Below are positions 51,201-54,028 of a stretch of DNA of 54,028 nt, in pieces. The position numbers and the translations under genes are program-made. How positions within the stretch are numbered: the stretch's first letter is position 1; each line of letters begins with the position of its first letter. This DNA is from a virus. Its lineage: Duplodnaviria > Caudoviricetes. The stretch lies in the IMG/VR virus record IMGVR_UViG_3300006754_000024, positions 1 to 54,028 of that record; one strand, written 5' to 3'. The notes beneath the pieces were generated by a model. It was not told where the DNA came from. It worked only from the letters and a program-made list of their open reading frames with translations, and did not search any database.

Positions 51201-52722
51201 CACCATGGACCTAATTCCGAAGGTCGAGAAGTTTGCCAAGAAGCACGGCATCCGATGGCTCAACCTTCAGAAGCCACAGGCAGGCACTAAGAGCGGAGAA
51301 CTACGCGACAGCTGGCTCCAGGCCATGAAAACAGCGAGACAAGATCGAGAGCAAGGATGGGCCGAAGTATATCGGGAAGTGATTGCTCCGATGTACCGCG
51401 AAAAAGATGTCCGGCTCGATGAGATCCGCGCCGAAAAGAAGGCGGAGATCAAAGAGAAAAGAGCCGAGCTCAAGAACCAGGGAATGGACAAGGATCAGAT
51501 GGCACCGGAGCTCGACGCTATCAGAGAGAAATACGCCGTCAGGATGAAGGCTCTCAAAAAGAAGTACAAGGCCAAGGCTGCGGAGATCAAAAAGGAAGGA
51601 GGATTCGCAGGGAAGGCGGAGCGTGCGTGGTGGGCTCCTCAAGACAAGGAGCGGAGGCTCCACTATGGCACCATCGAAGAGCGAGCGGCTGCGGGTGTCT
51701 ATCACTTGCGCCCTGAGATCCTGGTGGACTTCGCCTGGAAAGGAACGATCCCCCTCCGCGACGATAAGAGCTGCACGGGAAACCACAAGGTGGCTCCGAT
51801 TCGGAAGGTGACAGAGGACCTGGCCATCGAAAAGTTCGGCCCATGGGCTACTAATACTAAGTGGGGGAGCGAGGTCCGTGACAAGAAGCGCCTTCCTCAC
51901 TTGAATCTGATCGGTCTCGCCGCCGACGAAACTGACAGGCTCGCGAAAGGGGGAGACGTGGGCTGCTTCGAGGCGAGCTACGTTACCGAGGCCTACCCGT
52001 TGGAGGAGATGGGAATCGCGAAAAACGACGAGCAGCCCTATCTCGATAGCTGCGGATTCGGAGAGACTCGAAAAAGCGGGTGCTGGCTGTGCCCCTACCA
52101 ACCTCTCGGATGGTGGTGGGCGCTCTCTGTCCTTCATCCGGACAAGTTCGAGCGGGCAGCACAGGCGGAGTACCAGGCGACACTCCGGGATCCAAAGCTC
52201 TATTTCATCGGACGCAAGAAGAAGGGGAAGTCTCTGTCGCTGGCCGAGGCGGTAAAGGTATGGAGAGAAGAGAATCCAGACGCCTCTCCGGAAGAAGTGC
52301 TCGACAAGCAATATGCAAAGTGCAAGGTGAAGTTTGGGAAGAAGAAGAACCCAGTAGCACCCGACTCCTGCTGTCCCGACTGCAACCGATTCGTGGACCT
52401 ATGGAACCAGTTCGGAGAACCTGGATGGCTAGAACGCTACGGCTCGAGCTCGAGCACCAGGCCCAACACTCCGGCGTCTGGGGTTCTCGTCAACACGGGA
52501 AGCAAGCTGTCGATTCAAAGCCTTTCCTTCGATCGAGCTCTATTCAACAAGACCGAGGCGACGCGCTGGGCCAGGCAGCACGGGTTTTCGGTTCCGAAAG
52601 TCCACCTGACACCGAACCTGATTAAGATACGCCAGACTCATCCCTCCAAGTTCAAGCGCGGATCGTTCCGAACCAAGTCACTGACAGAAGGAGTAAAGGC
52701 AATTGTAGGAGTTCCACGATGA
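45202..52722 (+). CDS. 2506-aa polyvalent protein with ParB-like, Mom-like GNAT, TGT/DpdA-like and PAPS-reductase-like domains
   Basis: YPTVFQAR/GTPVVW/GGNGR (ddrB-like ParB); AQDFIEKHH/LELTRVASDG/TYQLATESG (Mom/XF1762-like); FLDSGAFS/APD/PLQ/HLLG (TGT fold); MGLGRDS/FSDTGGE/YPL/KSGCWLCPY (PP-loop). Confidence 0.85.
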   Translation: MIEELKKRIRNAGTESSEKREVQRELESHGHRKHPESHQATLEDRRVVRMYLWRATPLGHLCLVTGPSVEPSLYELYEAAPGEEPSEVYFPSKRGKPALTVRTNPQARVGKVREAKDGSKYVLWRPVLADGSRPRVYLDAEEPGIDAELIDVMEAQEQLAAGKRAVERRVKEAKKEGKRGIFKGGSGRKIITGAPKAKPMERAASRTPLFDSEGKEYLATYMVIPAHRDGMGDLRSSNLPGSFEETPHYPTVFQARSLQRLGETRKIEKIAANLDAERVLLPHSDATLGTPVVWEGDDKEHRIAGEQVYTPKGTYYVLGGNGRAIAILMAPTGKYQSYSRRGRSLWSDVWPAGSSPAGTRDVLVRLATKPDGTPLSFAQARTLAGRTQKSASGEESPIGKALSLIRSLGIERVADLPPFVWKGIITQDNVEEFQEFNPAFARAVFASMGAARAESYQQDSALLATLFNDIMVGYLPRRFQLQGFVSEKQERALLAALPIIVAIHQGVQDRSVQDKWDLFPLLDAASRFAQAIKNKSDSQAIAMVEAAASQIQMGEGTGIAEKFKSLFDELPLLGVLFGLVLKKAEKSRDPALTVEKYLTPYAAAAFDPGESAAQSGLFAAPGRPDAGKDPTEILATELGVRLPRRMREATVEQGRLIANPKFPMGGEKKPWAPAMVEAIDQFPVGAIVKLRPTQGWSRTFPHRILSDSVLDNHYRVGTHTWMENLQSVFLETDPVHPETHELLRDSRGGKYNYQVLGTEDVELVWSPEPEPDPEESQQRLLNRKGQLRLRKAGSRILEELYLRGPTPYAETPEGKLADGPQELLDKGLASKKTCIAAEHTLYDRETCVLRLTKRGRDYAKNRRRAERTHQAARQGKLWNKGPHYFDELGELGAPSIGEKGYKPAPDFGNAYGGQTPYELADRLVGNAEVLMEEPELYWAYCAELPEACGGLADSDFSLADMLQVPFSGPDGKRMTEAERAGIALSALAVTAEALPDRWSGEKIILGERKSRKGPTTLIEARRGDSGEVPMWAATAALTDWLASLVPGYSQVLRLVNIDKKTAQDFIEKHHSALPYLNARGLLFALGLMKGSRLVAVATVNSNTANLSKTRRVLSGELDVKDVLELTRVASDGSVKGAASKLVARVIDIMEQGKRSGGDAPALLMTYQLATESGTTYKALKDKGLRPVAEVKGSAPSGARGGDPAEDRALAQVDKIRWECCVDPPAMRADWDILGREQKTLWNPKEGETSWFKGDQVRFTGAQSEHDGFWQAVYIDGHRKGQIVWVYPEHAGVRMLHGEEKLQPRDNPKKSPPGSFKSWEEYYLWKMNGINRAMLITEDAIRSMDPERANMPGGAVAHYRTLEKKRRDLLEHMELAGVKLRNPGEPEDRFAPFLNAKVGQVFLVRATDYPGAPKRKWMKDTLLAYRVYKKPDISAVAPYLIDPEGAEIEVEPVGGTKGRDGTFLIRPNFEKDKLRTMILLRDKNGHHVTGHPIEFVRHAAGHLDLPAESSGQTVMFNPEEAPGQVEFEFLGAVPVLHFASGTNRPGSIRGFADLGKAVGSAFASVDKKSGRWVRECRGPCLEELARAASLGIPVFLDSGAFSEVDFPEDGPPVVAVPIPEESWAERFDVYRYLADAGGKLANVVAPDMVGHQVESFQRLSAYKDEVNELLDMGASVLVPLQLGPIPLHEYHDQVDELLGRKDWIPALPFQNAATSPTQLGEYLRKKTPVRLHLLGIGPRKKAATAVAQEIRENSPGTQVQMDSVVIKAHVGRKRRKTGDPRGEITAAQDEAREQLLEERYIGSQRESVPDYTDLVGMPSSWASEAALKRLSSAAQLSSSERKELIADPDEFFQRETFAGIDHGIPFYLELEQPIELELGKRFHSLETFEAQRMGIREGLKGIYPGGQEYITNPEQEEGHVPGIDTPGHPGLQMGLFGGASYSDEQTASPGRITILNMGLGRDSLTMLCLLADGELVWDGKKHGPEDVDAVVFSDTGGEWKHTMDLIPKVEKFAKKHGIRWLNLQKPQAGTKSGELRDSWLQAMKTARQDREQGWAEVYREVIAPMYREKDVRLDEIRAEKKAEIKEKRAELKNQGMDKDQMAPELDAIREKYAVRMKALKKKYKAKAAEIKKEGGFAGKAERAWWAPQDKERRLHYGTIEERAAAGVYHLRPEILVDFAWKGTIPLRDDKSCTGNHKVAPIRKVTEDLAIEKFGPWATNTKWGSEVRDKKRLPHLNLIGLAADETDRLAKGGDVGCFEASYVTEAYPLEEMGIAKNDEQPYLDSCGFGETRKSGCWLCPYQPLGWWWALSVLHPDKFERAAQAEYQATLRDPKLYFIGRKKKGKSLSLAEAVKVWREENPDASPEEVLDKQYAKCKVKFGKKKNPVAPDSCCPDCNRFVDLWNQFGEPGWLERYGSSSSTRPNTPASGVLVNTGSKLSIQSLSFDRALFNKTEATRWARQHGFSVPKVHLTPNLIKIRQTHPSKFKRGSFRTKSLTEGVKAIVGVPR

Positions 52723-53084
52723 CTAACTTTCCCACGGTATGGATGGATACAATCTGCACGGGCAACCCGGCCCAGGTTCTCCGTCTATACATGCCGAATG
52801 CCGTACTCGTTCCGACCTACGATCCCAAGGTTCTCCGGGGCCATCCCGAGCTCCTGGCATATTTCAATCGCTTTATGGCAAAGGAAGGTCTCTGCGGAAA
52901 GATTCAGAGTACCTTTGTCCAGGATGTCGGGAGGGCGAAAGTCTTGAGCGGACTCTACAAATTCCAGTTTATCGAGGATGGGATACCGAAGAGCGTAAAT
53001 GCGCGATATACCTTCGTTATCGTTCCAACTCGCGCCGGGTGGAGGATTGCCGAACACCATTCATCCGAGGTACCCGACGAATGA
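52719..53084 (+). CDS. NTF2/SnoaL-like protein (SgcJ/EcaC, CaMKII-association-domain-like)
   Basis: LY..NAVLVPT, SGLY.F, ARYTFV, W.I.EHHSS..P. Confidence 0.8.
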   Translation: MTNFPTVWMDTICTGNPAQVLRLYMPNAVLVPTYDPKVLRGHPELLAYFNRFMAKEGLCGKIQSTFVQDVGRAKVLSGLYKFQFIEDGIPKSVNARYTFVIVPTRAGWRIAEHHSSEVPDE

Positions 53085-54028
53085 GTATCCGAAAAGTCAA
53101 GACCGTTAAGGGATTCACCATCTGGAGGAATACCGACTGGGACGAATACATAGTTACTCCGCCAGGCACAACGAAGCCGAAGGAAGACGAGACGGCTCCC
53201 AGCTGGTACCACACGGATGATAAGCAGGACGCATTCGACACTGCGAATGCGATGGCAGGAGATCATCCCGGAGCCTGGCGAGAGAACCCGAAGGTCCATT
53301 CCCAGACCATCGATCACTGGCTGAATATGATTGACCCGAAACACGGAGTAACCCGCAAGTCGTTGAAGTCTATGGCGGATATGTCGCGTAGGCTCCACGA
53401 GGATCCGAAACGTGTAGGGGAATATTTCTCGGATTATCTCCGTGATTTCCCTTATGGAAAGGACAAAAGGGCGGAGGATTTCGGGAAGTTCCTGCACTCA
53501 TGGGGCGACGTTCCGAGACGTAGGAATCACCACCTGGTCAAAGGCGAAGAGGCGAAGCTCTCGAACGAATATATGGCCTGGCTCAAGAAATATGGGTCCG
53601 AGCACTACTCGGCTACGGAGCTCGAGACGCGGATCCAATCCGCTCCTCACGACGTATTCGAGGTGATCGAAGTCCATCCACACGGGTACACCGTTCTTTA
53701 CGAGCACCCTTTGAAGGAGGAATTCTATTCAGACGAAGCCCTTGTTTCGGCCTCGAGCTCGAGTCGGAATTGGCCTGGCGACAACTACAAGGGCCAGACT
53801 CCTTCCGACTTTCTGCTCCAAGGCGCGAAGCGAAACCCGAAAGTGAAGGTTCGAGCTCACGCTCGAGATCGGCCTGGTTCAGTTAAGGTGCGAGCTCACA
53901 AACGAGGGCGCCCCGAGCCCGAGCTCACCGAAGAGGAGGCCCATATCCTTTACAAGCTCGGAGCAGCAATCGAGAATTCGGGAGATCCCGACGCAACCCT
54001 GGTGTTTTATGAAGACGAAGAAGAATGG
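53081..54028 (+). CDS. 3'-truncated modular protein with NP/RRRN delimiters (not in the ORF track)
   Basis: ATGA-coupled start; frame open for 316 codons to the window end; WRENP, PRRRN, AKRNP; VKVRAH.R twice. Confidence 0.75.
   Translation, partial: MSIRKVKTVKGFTIWRNTDWDEYIVTPPGTTKPKEDETAPSWYHTDDKQDAFDTANAMAGDHPGAWRENPKVHSQTIDHWLNMIDPKHGVTRKSLKSMADMSRRLHEDPKRVGEYFSDYLRDFPYGKDKRAEDFGKFLHSWGDVPRRRNHHLVKGEEAKLSNEYMAWLKKYGSEHYSATELETRIQSAPHDVFEVIEVHPHGYTVLYEHPLKEEFYSDEALVSASSSSRNWPGDNYKGQTPSDFLLQGAKRNPKVKVRAHARDRPGSVKVRAHKRGRPEPELTEEEAHILYKLGAAIENSGDPDATLVFYEDEEEW

Larger units (their letters stand above)
1..54028. mobile_element. Virus genome (probably near-complete), likely tailless and membrane-containing, with a bacterial host
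   Basis: Dense, largely co-oriented genes with ATGA/TGATG overlaps; phage-type recombination and replication genes; four peptidoglycan-active enzymes; no cellular housekeeping genes; no tailed-phage hallmark genes. Confidence 0.85.

Noticed and set aside
23677-52311. Many long minus-strand ORFs in the late region
   Set aside because: They overlap motif-bearing plus-strand genes and show no recognisable motifs or coupling
1-54028. tRNA, rRNA or structured ncRNA genes
   Set aside because: None recognised by eye and intergenic space is small; tRNAscan/Infernal would be needed to exclude them

Overview
This window looks like most or all of a ~54-kb, ~60% GC dsDNA bacterial virus genome that is probably tailless. 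I see no terminase, portal, HK97 capsid, tail, packaging ATPase or DNA polymerase gene. About 3-20 kb is an early/replication region: Dam-type methyltransferase, DUF932 protein, SF2 helicase, PD-(D/E)XK nuclease, Sak4-like ATPase, SSB, tyrosine recombinase, RuvC and an AEP primase-helicase. About 20-42.6 kb is a structural region: a transglutaminase-like Cys protease, an HExxH metalloprotease, most of the ~19 tail-anchored membrane proteins, a protamine-like Arg-rich membrane protein and candidate single-jelly-roll capsid proteins. About 42.6-54 kb encodes three modular proteins, the largest 2506 aa. The most notable signal is two recurring peptide motifs that may be proteolytic processing codes. 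(1) xxG[YF]G, often (M/L/I)xGYG, which fits the adenovirus-protease consensus, occurs throughout the membrane/core proteins and in the protease itself. (2) Basic-basic-N or NP separates domain-sized modules in the polyproteins. The 2506-aa protein strings together ParB-like, Mom-like GNAT, TGT/DpdA-like and PAPS-reductase-like domains, and many modules end in a sliding-clamp-like QxxL[FWLI] motif. GAGCTC/CTCGAG palindromes are strongly enriched genome-wide. All family calls come from recognising motifs by eye; no database search was run.
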